From Paraphysomonas bandaiensis (taxonomy: Eukaryota > Protista > Chrysophyceae): DNA of 64,000 nt. The stretch lies in assembly GCA_965644295.1 (NCBI GenBank), contig CBFFRP010000219.1, positions 124,001 to 188,000 of the forward strand, in the 5' to 3' direction. The first letter of the stretch is position 1, and each line of letters begins with the position of its first letter. A program made the position numbers and the translations under genes. Positions 10,861 through 22,950 of this stretch are shown here, piece after piece. The notes beneath the pieces were generated by a model, which saw only the letters and a program-made list of their open reading frames with translations, ran no database searches and was not told the origin of the DNA.

Positions 10861-11290
10861 CAACAAAGTCGGACTCGCACCTTTTCGTGGTGTTCTGGGG
10901 GATAAGTACCGGAGATATTACTCCTTGAAACTAACGTGAGCCGCAAACATAGTCAGCAGATAACGTTATTCCCACTCATAGCCAAATAAATGCTTTTGTG
11001 GTACAAGGGACACTATTTTTTAATGTCATTTGTGTAGACGCCTTGGGTCTAGACGAATAAACAAGCATCCGGCGAATGGGCCCACCTCAAGAGCATCCGG
11101 GGTATTGGGCTGCCGAAGCCACGCATCCGGGCTGTTCACCTTAACGACAGGGAGCGAAAGTGGTTGCACATTGGTGCTTGCGGTGACGCACAAGCAGCTT
11201 TCGTAGCGCCTATAATATAGTAGAATAGTAGGATATCAGAGTTAAGCTCTAGTTACTAGTTAAATAGTTTTGCTACATTAGTTCTGCCTC
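10861..11290 (+). repeat. Dispersed non-coding repeat, copy 1 (candidate structured RNA or non-autonomous element)
   Basis: Colinear conserved blocks shared with 57703-58170: CAACAAAGTCGGACTCGCACC, ACTAACGTGAGCC, TGGTACAAGGGACACTA, GTCATTTGTGTAGACG, CGGGCTGTT, GGTGACGCA, GGATATCAGAGTTAAGC, ATTAGTTCTG. Confidence 0.9.
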
Positions 11291-12126
11291 GTACACGCAT
11301 ATTGCAAATAATCAGACATTCACTATATTTTCTGTTCAAACCGAATATTGAAGTTGAATTACCATATAGTTGCCCGGTGCTAATATGAGTGTTCTGTTGA
11401 ACAATATTCAGGTCAAAATTGGGCTAATACTATTACAAGAACTTAAACCGATATCACATATACATGCTAATACTGTTGAGTTTTGCTGTTTGAGCAATTA
11501 AAAGCTGTAATTCTAAGGTGTTGGAATTATGGCCGGTAGTCGTAGAATACAGTAGTAATGAGCTGTATTATGAGAAGTGATATCATGACGATGTAAGATC
11601 GTACTAGAAATGAGTGGTAGTAGAGATAATGTGATATATTGCTTATTATATTTATTATAATCTTCTCTTATCTTAACTTGTTTAATGAGTAAATACACAT
11701 CCAGTTAACTTAGTAAATCATCCAATTGTGTCATATCTTGACAAATACCTAAATACACTTATTCGTACCATTTATAGGTCACGGCTTATTTGTTGTTACG
11801 ACTTCTTCTAATTAATACCTAATCTGAACAAGAAGCAAGTGTCAAAATTACATTCATTACGAATTAAATATTTCAGTGACAAAAAAATTCTAATGATATT
11901 GTAATTGAAATTACAACCACATTTTCATTCACACTAACACCTTGTTGTACTAAGAGAAAATTCACATTTTCGGTCTGAAAACTATTATTGTCCAGACAGC
12001 GTAACACAATACATGTAGCAACTTCCATGCTATATCCCACTACCATATGTCATGTCGTATCCATATGATATCAATAACATCCTTGAACCCATGGATGGGT
12101 CATTTCTTATAGAACTATTTCTCTGT

Positions 12127-15100
12127 TTACTGCGTGTCCTTGTTCCGAAAACGGTATATACATTTCTCTACATCGTCAACAGAGAGAGGTTTCGGCAGGA
12201 CCGCATTTGCTCCAGACATCTCGAATGTTTCTACATCATCTGGCATGACGTTTCCAGTGACACCAATAATAAGGCCAGTGTAGCCAGCTCGTCGAAGGAT
12301 AGCAGTACATGTGGGACCATCAATATTCGGCATTATATAGTCCATCAAGATAACATCATAGTGTTTCAGATTGATATGAGATGCACCTTCTGAACCTTGT
12401 AATGACGAAACGTCGGCATTTTTTACGTCGCACACCTTACAAAGCACCGCATTGCCATCTTCAGCAGGTTCACATATGGCACCTTTAGCGGATAATACAC
12501 GAGTAATAACTTTCCTTATCATGGCCGCATCATCTGCAACAAGTATTGTAAGCTCGTTCAGAACATTCGACGACTTCAGAACCACTTTATCGCAAGACAA
12601 ACGGTGACGGCTACCGAAGTGCTTTGAATTCATTGACAGTGAACTTTCTGTATCTCCACTGAATGAGATCTCCGTTTGGGCTTCAGTGAACGTATCCTCC
12701 TCGATGTTTAGCGCAGGAGAGGTAGTTTTCGCACGATCCATTCTAGAAATCACTGGTCGGTAGGCCGAAAGTTCAACGTAAAAAGTGCAACCGTGGCCCT
12801 CTCCTTCTGATGTTACCCCGATAACGCCTTCATGAAGACTAACAATTCCTTGGGAAACTGAGAACATCAATGTTAGAAAAAGTTGAATCCCACGCTAGCT
12901 ACAATATTCTACAGATACATACAACTGACGTCAATAGTAACTTACTCCATAATCCAAGTCCAGAGCCTCCCCCGCCTTGCAGAACATCTGGTGAAAATTG
13001 TACTATCTCCTTGAAAACCCTTTCTTGATTTTCCTTCGACAAACCAACCCCCGTGTCGGAGACTTCAATTCTAGCTCGGCCACATTGATAATACTGGCCA
13101 TTGCTCACCTTAGCGGACTCTTTCTCATGTAGAAAATTTGGAATAAAAGAAACAGAGACTGACACATTTCCACCTTCTGGAGTGAACTTAAGGGCATTTG
13201 ACACCAAGTTCCGCAGCACCTATACGAAGGAGCTCTTAGGATATTATATGTCACAAATGCGGTAAAGTATATATTCCTCATACTAATATACTTCAACTAT
13301 AGCTGGTAACATAAAATATGTTACCTGACTCATTTTATGACCATCAATCTCAAGAAGTACATTCTCACAACACTTATCCACACACTGAACCCCAAAAGTA
13401 ATATTTTTTTGTTTCGCCTGCATAAAGCGATTAAGGTTTAATTCACAATGAAACTAATCGCGAAATTACCTGCAGTGAAAAAGGTCCCATTGTTCTGTCA
13501 ACGAATGGCATTGCCGGTAGCATGTCACAATATAGCTGCAGAATACCGGATTCTAGCTTCTCGTAAGATAACAAGTCACTGACAATTGTAACAGCAATGT
13601 CTATGGCTTCCTGGCAGTCCGTGATGTTGTTCCGACTCTCAGCTGAGGATTCACCTTCTGCCATGTCTTTTTCAAGCAAGTCGAGACCCAACTTAGCCAC
13701 CATTAATGGGGTGCGAATTTCATGACTACAGACATATCCCAAAATCAATATATATATCAATTTATCAAGCATTGCAACTATTTTCGATTTATGGAATTTG
13801 ATTCAACCACAGTAATCTAAAGATCTATAAAACGCACCTAACATGTCGAACGAAAGCTTTCTTCGTCACAAGCATATTCTCTGCATGCTCAGCAGATTCC
13901 TTCATCAGTGCCATTGATACTTCTCTCTCTCTCTCAAGTTGTCGACTCATTGTCGCTAGTCTGTACCCAGCCTCCGTCTCTGAATGCAAGTGCTCTGAGG
14001 CGAGAATCATCTTAAGCCGACAATCGTGCTTGGAGAGATCGTTTACAGTGATTCCTTGATGGGTCATATCCGATAAGTTGGAAACGTTAGGTGTGCATAA
14101 AAAAGTAGCCACACACTCGTCACGAGAAAACAAAACTTGTCCGACTAGTTTCAGTCGCGATATGTTGGACTGTATTTCCAGTGAATGCCCACTTACAGTA
14201 AAAACAAAGTCTGGCCAACTTAACCACGTTGTTTTGGGTTTCTCCAGATTAAACAAGCGATCCATATTAAGTCCTTTTAAATCACTTCCTATATATTCTA
14301 CAAGTGTCTGTCCGGTTTGAAGAATGATTAGGTCACGATTAAACACAATGTGAAAAGGGAAAACATCATTGAGCTGCGCTCCGGATAGTCCGAAATTAGG
14401 CCCGGAAGCTCTGACAGCTGGCTTTCGACTTGTAAGCCGGTTCCTTCGACTACTGCTAGTATCTATAGAATGAGGGATGTCACCTGCAGAAACCTTCGCA
14501 TGTTCTTTGCCAATCCCCATACGGCTGAAAAATGAAGATAGACACTGCCGAAGTGTTCTTTTGGATGATGGTTTAGGGCTATCAGGATTTTCAAGGACTG
14601 TACTTTGGACGTGTGGTGATGGACATGAGTCAGCATAGTCACTGTTATGCCGTGCGAAGACCCGACTCCTACTCGATTCTTCAAGGGCTTGACGCCATAT
14701 GCTAGAGTAGAGCATTGCACTGGAGTTAGTGGTATTGGTATGACTACTATTGTCACTCATACACCGATCTGAAAAACTCCGACCCAATATATGACCTGAG
14801 TTACGCCCGGAATTTCGAACAGAATGCAAACTACTATATCTACCAGAGTGAAGACCTTGTCGAGCCGAATTGCGCAAAGAAATCCGACCGGATTGTTCCA
14901 CATTCTGTTCAACACCCAATTCCTCGCGAAGCTTCAGTCGATGCACTTCGGAAACACTCTTCCGCAGATCTGGAACCATAGAAACAATACCAACTTGCTT
15001 AATCGACCAAATCGTATATGACGCGTCGTCAATGCCTTGAGTGGTCAGTCTATCCATACGTACATCACACCCGAAGTATTCTTTCGCTACCTCCGTAACG

Positions 15101-15620
15101 AGTCCTTGCAAAGCTGGTGCGAATCGCGGCCCTTGAGGGCTTTGATAAAATAGTGTGATTTCATCTTCTTTTGTTTCTTTACATTTAATTTCGGGTGGCA
15201 CTAGCTTCGGTAATGCACTGGAGATATTTTCATGCAAAGCATTGACATTGCTTAACCACGAAAGCAAATCGGCACCCAGACAACGAAGGAGATTGTCATA
15301 TCCTTCGTCCTTCAAGTGCTGTAGGGCAAACTTGCCATACATTTCCAGTATCTCCGCCTCATTCAAGCCTGTTTTGTCAGAAGTCTTCGATATCAAATCA
15401 TAAGTCCACTCATCTGAAACACAACTCACACAAATCTCCCATGAGTGACCACCTTACCTGGATAATACTCATACCGGACCCAATTCACACTGGTAACGGC
15501 TTCCCATGTCTCGACTCCTGTGAACAATTACATCAATATGATACAATTATATCAACAATGAATCACACCGAAGTTAGCCAGCACCATGCTCTCGAAGCTG
15601 GCGTTAATAAGACCGTACAT
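12127..15620 (-). CDS. Hybrid histidine kinase, HNOB(H-NOX)-HNOBA-HisKA-HATPase_c-REC, multi-exon
   Basis: Spliced N-terminus MYGLINASFESMVLANF|GVETWE...YP|DEWTYDL (sGC-beta-like). Also NVNALHENI, FYQSPQG; HNOBA VFPFHIVFNRDL, FLCTP, DLSKHD; H-box SHEIRTPL; N-box RNLVSNALKFT; DTGVGL; GGGSGLGL; receiver VADD, ILMDYIMP, VTG, LPKP. Introns include 15518-15568 and 15414-15457. Confidence 0.93.
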
Positions 15621-16145
15621 CCTAACAACTCAATTCACTAAAGAACCTTCATCTTATATGATTCTAATCACTAGCACAGTCCGGCAATATAATGGTTGTC
15701 TATGTCTGGTAAGTGGAGTTCATATGCCATTGAGTCGCACTGATCATCGCACATGAGAAGATACGACACCACGAGCTCTTCTTTCAACATTCGCCACCCT
15801 CACTTCGTACTTCCCTTCATGTGGACGCACCACACGCCCCCCTCTCCCTCTTCGTTTCACTGTATTTTTTTGTATTTTTGTGTCCATCAAGTCGGTCACA
15901 ACACTCACGAGCAGCAGATTACTGAGAATTTTTCTCTTGTACCAAAATTTCAGTGAACATTTGGACAGACCCGCCCCACCAGCTGCTGCATATCCGCCCC
16001 ATCTGAAGGATTGGTACATTAGGAACGGAATCATTCTCATTCCGTGGTTATCGTGCACTACAACAGGGTTAATTCCACCTAATAAGATTAATACGTGTAC
16101 CAAGAAGGAGTTGGTGCCCAGTTCGCCCTGCTTCCACTTATCAGA

Positions 16146-16613
16146 ATGGGAAATGTGTTCTACTCAGTCTCATGCATTCACAACGACGACATAGTATATA
16201 ACAAGCGACTCTCCAACCCTTTTTTCAATCATGAAGGCGTATGTCTCGATCTCATCGTGTCTAGTGAGTCTACTATTTGTGTCAGGGTTCGCTATAGTGT
16301 CAAACGGAAGCAATTTTTGGTACAGGAGTGCAAGGAATATGCCAACGACACAGCTTCTAAAGAACAAGTAGTCCTGAAGTTCAGTGTTAACGACATCGAA
16401 AAAGTATGTCGTCTTGCAGATTTGGATACTAAGCCATGTAGTACACCCAAACCAACAAATATTCTTATCAAAGTACATAAGAAAGGCTGCTTGACGCTGT
16501 CAAGTCAAGACTCTAAACTTGCTGATTTTGCGTTGCTTTGCCTCCAAGAAATATTTTATGATGAAGTCATATCTCAACCAGTTGCGTTTGAAAATGATGT
16601 GACTTTTGGTTAG
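16146..16613 (+). CDS. Hypothetical 155-aa protein with an MGN start (possible N-myristoylation)
   Basis: Open ATG-initiated frame with protein-like composition, divergent from the kinase gene. No family recognised. Confidence 0.5.
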   Translation: MGNVFYSVSCIHNDDIVYNKRLSNPFFNHEGVCLDLIVSSESTICVRVRYSVKRKQFLVQECKEYANDTASKEQVVLKFSVNDIEKVCRLADLDTKPCSTPKPTNILIKVHKKGCLTLSSQDSKLADFALLCLQEIFYDEVISQPVAFENDVTFG

Positions 16614-17302
16614 CTTTATTCTTCAATCTCATAATGATTCGCTGATATATTTTGTTTTTTGTATTTCCCCTGTTGATAGAACCCAATTTGGCAACACTTA
16701 AGTGGAATAATATCATTACACTAAAGTAATAATAAACCTATATTATTAAGCATTAAGACACGATCCCTCGGAATGGGACATGTTTCATTGACGATAACAT
16801 GACAACCGAATTTGTACTGCTGTCTCTTCTAAATGTATGCTCTAATTTCCTGCGGTAAAGGAGAGGAAGTTTGGTGAGTGTTAAAACGAAATAGAATCTG
16901 TGTCAAGAACATTGAAAATATTTTATAATCTCACACTGAGTAGAGCCAATTGTTGTGGTATATTGTAGTTTTTAGTTTACTATCTAAAAATGAAAGAAAT
17001 GTACCCCTGTAGGCCTTCGGGTATTCATGTAAAACAGTCAGTAGCATAGATATGGCAATATGTGTACACAGTAACTATGGTAGTGTGTGTGTGATTCATT
17101 ATGTAATATGTAAGATACCTTAATACTACGTCAGTCAATGAGACACTGGGCAGAATAGATAGCCCTCCGCTAACATTGAGATAAAATTCACCATATAAAC
17201 ATATTGTCTACTTAAATTTAATACCTAGTCACTACAGCTGTCAAAGATAAACATCACTATTAATATAATTCTGAGTCTAGCTCGATGATAATAACTACAA
17301 CG

Positions 17303-17960
17303 CTAGGACAATGTTTCTTCAGAGGAATTTGATGAAAATATATCACGTTTACGAGTTATTGTTTTGCCTTCACCACAACTTGTCCCAAGTTCGCCTGCAG
17401 TAAGTAGATTGGATATCTCGTGGATAGCCCCCATGTAATATTCCCATAAAAAATTAGCCAAGGGACGTATATATTTATCTCGGTCAGTAATGTGTGGGAA
17501 ATCGAAGTATTCAGCTTTGTTTGCTTGACTGACAGCGACGGGTGGTAATCCTAGTGTACATAAAGGCAGCGCTGATATGACACGTGCCACTGCCATCGGC
17601 AAAAGGATGGATGCGCAAGAATGCCCACTGCAGCCAGTCGCGTTGTTATCCAGCACATGTCGAGCAAGGGTACAGTGTCTTGACATCTCTGGGCCAATTT
17701 CAGAATTGTGTAACCTCTGCGTTGTTCTTGTGTTTGGTGACACAACCCTCCCGTCGATAATGGCCGGTGGGTATCAACATGAACATTGTGTACACGTCGC
17801 CTCTGGGATCTTCACACTGTTCTTCCACAAAGTTATCGTCTTGGAACAAGGTGGAATGGAAATTTTTGATAAATTCCTCTGTAAACGAATTGTTATCATC
17901 AAAGCATTGTGAGAGCAATACCAAACTTTGCTGAGTGATATTTTAGAATTCGAAATATGG
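17303..17960 (-). pseudogene. Fic-domain (AMPylase-like) pseudogene
   Basis: Fragments in different frames: FTEEFIKNFHSTL...IPTGHYRRE; WLQWAFLRIHPFADGSG (motif at 17586-17609); ARVISALPLCTLGLPPVAVSQANKAEYF. Frameshifts and stops interrupt them. Confidence 0.8.
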
Positions 17961-18439
17961 TTTTCTTTTTCTTCTGTTTGCTGAGTACTGATATCCCATC
18001 GATAGAGTTGGCATAAAATCCTCGGCGAATGAGACGTGGCCATGACTGTCCAGTCACAAGTACGAATACCGGAGTAATCTATCAAGTTCACTACCGTCGA
18101 TGCTCATTATATATATAGTTGGCCTCAAATTTCTTGAATCCGTTTAACATGTGTCTGAAAGCACTCTAAAATCATCATTCCAATATCCATACCCTCAACA
18201 GAGGGTTGCTCGCAGTTATAATCAAACCAGCAGGTTGTATCTGATCACTGGAGTATCTGACTGGAGGGCTGGCAGGCCGTCACGGTCGGTCATGACAATG
18301 AACTCTGCAATCCAAATTTCATGCCCATATGTGGACACCTCGTCACAAGGACTGTTTTTTCATTCTTTTTTCATCATTTTGGAGTTTTGGACTGTGGGGT
18401 TGCGCCAAAAATCACTGATAATCCTGATGCAATGAGACC

Positions 18440-19300
18440 ATGCACTGCTGTACAAGCGACGGAACATGGCAGTGTTGCCCTGAGGGCTTCAGCGAGACCA
18501 GCGCAAGACTCTGCCAGGCTTCCGAGACATCTATGTTTGATTCCCCTGCAACACCCAATAAGTCGATACCTAGCAGCAAAGCGCTCGCTCCCGAAAAACT
18601 AGAGGCTTATGCCCTATTTTCCTCTGCCTATCAGGCCTGCTGCGGCGACACTCAGGCCTTTTTAGTTCAAAGCGTAGAGGAAACTTGTGATTACTTCAGT
18701 CTTTTTAGCGTATTAGAGACGGCAAGCGCTGATGAAATCACAGAAGCAGCTGCTTTCCTAGCTCAAAACTTGGAAACTAATAATGAACTCCACTGGGGTT
18801 TTCTCTCTGAATGTCCAGACTGCGCAAAAAGACTGGAGGATTTTTGGCTTGCCTCTCACAATGCCCACCCAAGCAAAGAGAAAAGCAGCGGCTACTCTGC
18901 CCTGGGCTCCAGCCTCATGGCCCATTATCAGTTCTTTGCCTCCTCTTTAAGCGCCTGTCATCCATGTCGGAGTGAGTTTGAGTGCCTTGTGAAGCCGCTC
19001 GAATGGGAGGAAGAGGATGCCAAGCTTGTGGACGCCAACTCGAGGCTAAGTCCTGCGGCCAATAGGATAGTCGCTTACTTCATCCCAGAGCGTTTCCAAG
19101 GTTCGATGACAGCCCCAGGCCATTGATTAAAGGGAGGGCTAGCTCAAACGATACATACGCTCTTCTGGCTCCGTCTCCTCAGCGCTAATGCTAAGCTTAT
19201 GCGTGGGTCTTAGAAAGTCGACCCCAGTCGACTTCTCTGGCCATTCGATCAGCAGGCCGGCATAGGAGAGATCGGGGTGTTTTACCGGTATATGTATTCT
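18440..19300 (+). pseudogene. Unknown GC-richer intronless ORF (228 aa); the frame stays protein-like through two in-frame stops
   Basis: ORF 18440-19126, after which the same frame reads *LKGGLAQTIHTLFWLRLLSANAKLMRGS*KVDPSRLLWPFDQQAGIGEIGVF. Visibly more GC-rich than the flanks. Confidence 0.4.
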
Positions 19301-19942
19301 GAAAATTTTATCTGATTGGAGAATGGTGGAGGTAAAGTAGGCAAGATTCGCCTGGTATATTACAGAAATTCGGGATGCCAATGTCATCTACCAGATCACT
19401 CAGTGGATAATAATCATGGTTAATTAATTGTAGAAATGATATTTCAATAGAAACCAGCGCTGATGAAACATATCATTTCGCTACTGGTGATATGGATTTC
19501 ATCGGCTACAACAACTCACTGGTGTTTGTCTGGTATCAGTGAAAACGCCTTCACCTCGTGCTTTAATTGTTTTTTCAAAAGACAAGAAGAGTTGCTACCC
19601 CGTTTATTTTCTCCTTCGACGGCCTCATCCATACGGAATGAATCTACTTTTGTGATGGATATATCCTCCAGTGTGTCTATACTTAGCTAACTAGCTACTT
19701 ATGTCACCTTTTTACATTAATATCACAAAATGCTTTATTTAATGTCTATATGTGATATATATTTATTGCTTATCATATAATCACAGTACGAGTGACGCCA
19801 TGGAAGTTCGCAAATAATATTTACTTAAAATGAATAAATTATGTTTTATGAACAGTTTAAAAACACATTCAGCAATAAAATTAATCATTGGTTATGCCTC
19901 GTCATGAATAAAATATTTATCAAGTTGAGATTAATACTCTCT

Positions 19943-20197
19943 TTACTGTTCCTTGTGAATAATGCACCCATATACCTGTATTATATACCAGAAGCACCAA
20001 AAGCTATTGCGCGGCGCGCCGTTACGGTCCTCAAACGGATGAATATTCAAAAACTCTGTAATGAACAAAACGGGTGCAATTACTGGTTGAAGAGATGCAA
20101 TACGTGACTGTAATGATAAGCAACTAATTTGCCATTGCTGCGGGGATTTCATGGGGACATGGGGTATAGCTTGACGACTCAGATGGAAGGATATCAC
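19943..20197 (-). pseudogene. Second Fic-domain relic
   Basis: APVLFITEFLNIHPFEDRNG (motif at 20018-20041), a degenerate HPFxDGNGR. Confidence 0.6.
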
Positions 20198-20731
20198 AAT
20201 AATATGCAGTATTGTGTACCAATAAGTTCTACTAGAAATATAGTGGTGACTTCGTACGTTTCCCAGAATTCGTTGTATTATTGTTAGAGGAAAATGTGAT
20301 AAAATCCAAAATAATTCTTAAAGAATTATTTGTCTGTGCTGTGAGATATGGCCTCGTTTGGTGGAGATAAAGGAGACTGCAATGCAAGAAGAGACTTAAA
20401 AGACGCTTTCTTCTAGTTCTGAAGCACAAGGACGTGTTTATTAATAAACCTTTAGGTATACTATCTAACTTTTAATAATTAAGGGGCTACTAGTAGCATA
20501 TAAGTGAATGATATGGCTACGACATAATGTTATAGAAATAATTTAGACTAGGTCACCCATCATTGTAACTAAGCCTGAACAGCGTAAAGAAGCAACTGAT
20601 ATAACAATATTATTAGAGAAGTGGAAAGCCGATTCAATATTAAACACGGACACAAGATAGGGTAATACACTGACAGAGTGGTATATGTCAGTTAGATGAT
20701 ATCTTGAAAATGTTGATATATCGGATATGAC

Positions 20732-22950
20732 TCATGTCGAACGACTTTTCCGCAATGAAGAAGCCTCTCCAATCCATTTCTTGATGTGATTAGTCTCAAG
20801 CTGACGTACATACCTGTGTAGAAACATGTTTTTAGGCACACAACACAAATCAAAGTATGATAAAGGGTTACAATTGCCATGTAATAGGAGTGAAATGTAG
20901 TCAACATACCGGACACTTTCAGGATCTTGTTCAGATGGCCAGAAGAGATCTAAGTGATGACCTCCCATATCAATGGTCATGGAAACAACGCTGCCGTCTT
21001 TCGATAATTGCCTTGGCTCATATTTCTTTTTAATGTTTTCATTATGAAGAAGGTTTGTAGTATTATGGTGTGAAGTGTCAGTTACACCAGCCGGTGACCA
21101 AGGGTCAAGATTTCCATTCGAGAAGAAAATGTTAGATGCATACTGTAAACGAAGCCCACCATACGCTGTATCCATCCAGACACTCCAGTCGTCCGCCTTT
21201 TCGGGGATGCCATATAGGCCCATACCCTTCAGGTACGCGCAGTAAGCGAGCGAACCCGGCACCATTGATTCAAGAGTAGACCCTTTTGGTTGGTTGGGAG
21301 GCCAATATAGATCGTTGCCCATGCCTTGTGCCCACCAGTTCACCAGGTTAATCCCTTCGTTGCACACCAAAGCATTCCATGCTGTCATAACATCCATCTC
21401 GCTGGCGGACAGGGTGCATACACCGTCATTCTTCTCCGGGGATTGAGATCTTGTTTCAATAGTACTGGACAGGGAGACATGACGAGCGGCTTTGGAAAGT
21501 GGATTGGGTCGACTGTGAATCGGTTTCAGCTTAGTATCAGGGCTCGGTGTATTTGGTGCAGCTCCACTTTCCCAGTCAATGCAATCTGATAAGGTTCCAG
21601 TGACATTGTACCAGACCTGAATCGCTTGTCCAACAGCATTGGCCAGCTCAAGAGCCCCTGATGATTCGAGGTCCTCCATGGAATACCCGTTGTTACTCGT
21701 TCTATCCCAATCAACGTACACCTCAACATCACCCACAGTAACAGTAAACTTCACATTTTTCGGCTCCCCATGTACTTTGACGCCAAAATCTTCTCCGAGA
21801 GGCTCGCACATAACCTGCATGGCCCATGGGGGAAGAGGTGCATCCGTACCCGTCAGCGCAAAAGTAATGTAGTCTGTTGGGAACGGGTAAGAACCCTCCG
21901 CCAGGTCAAAGAGAGGAGTCTGCAAGTAAGCCAAAAGGCTCGCAATATCGCGTTCTGTGTTGAGCGGGGTACACAAATTCATCGCAGAGGACAGTACCTT
22001 GCGACCATCCTCTGTCGACGCTATATCACTCATGAGAACGTAACTCGATTTCAAGTTATCCGCACACAAAGGGGCAGCTCCGGCTTCAGCAGATGCAGCA
22101 AACGTAACCACACTTGCAGACGAGTCAACTGCACAAGAATCCAAAGGAAACCCCCAGACAGGAGCAGATGCAGATAACGCTGCACTCACACACCATATTA
22201 GTATTACACGTAGGTACAGCGAAATATACGGAACTATGAATGTCAATGTGATATGTAAGCTCACATAATCATCACCTAAGCTAATAGTATATATATTATA
22301 TATGCTATTTTACATGAGCTATGAGCTAGCGTAATATAGGGCACTACATAATTGTCTATCTGAAAGAAAGAAAAAGGTTTACCTCCATCAATCGCACTGG
22401 GATATAGAATCCTCATCCAAGCAGCTAGCATACCACCATAACTTCCACCAAAAGCAATAATTGCGCTGTCTTCAGCCCCCCACTCTCTTCTTAGTCGATT
22501 GGCAAAAGACGCATAGTCAGCTAGGGCCTCCTCCGACGATAAGTAAGAAAGGCACTGTGGCATCCCTTCGATATCGGGTACACTCTCGCCGAAGTATCGA
22601 TGTTCAGCAAATATAACTAGAGCGTTTAGAGATTCTGCCAGATCCCACATTAAACCCGTGTTGTTAACATATTCCTCTACGGGGCTTTCCTACAGCAGCA
22701 GTTATAGAAAAGCATATCTTATAATGGCACTCACATTTCCTGTATAAAACAGAACAGGAAGACCCTTATGAGGCTCCCAGTATCCATCGTACGAACATAT
22801 TCGCTGCTTGTAAGTACCCGCATTTCCTCTAGCAAAGTGAGACAGAGGCTGTTCGATGTATGTCCAGGTGCAGTCCGCGGATGACGGGTGATCCGCCTGG
22901 CCTCCTTTCAGGGCGTTTATTAGTAACAGAGCGATGAATTCAGCTCTCAT
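20732..22950 (-). CDS. Peptidase S28 family lysosomal Pro-X carboxypeptidase-like, multi-exon
   Basis: Signal peptide MRAEFIALLLINAL; EQPLSHF; LFYTGN|ESPVEEYVNNTGLMWDLA; AEHRYFGES; nucleophile GGSYGG; SNGNLDPWS; GGHHLDL. Confidence 0.93.

Noticed and set aside
11068-11082. GGCGAATGGG, matching the HDV ribozyme J4/2-P2 sequence
   Set aside because: It lies in one of three ~29-nt GCATCCGG sub-repeats, is not conserved in copy 2, and I could not build the nested double pseudoknot.
10861-11290. Group I intron (Q/R/S-like words), group II domain V, RNase P or tRNA-SINE identity for the dispersed repeat
   Set aside because: Only superficial word matches: no consistent P7 G-binding pair, the DV-like stem is too short and lacks the triad, and there is no proper A/B-box pair or hammerhead CUGANGA/GAAA core. 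Left unassigned.
12127-15620. Bacterial contamination as the source of the histidine kinase
   Set aside because: The gene has several host-sized GT-AG introns and is contiguous with eukaryotic genes.
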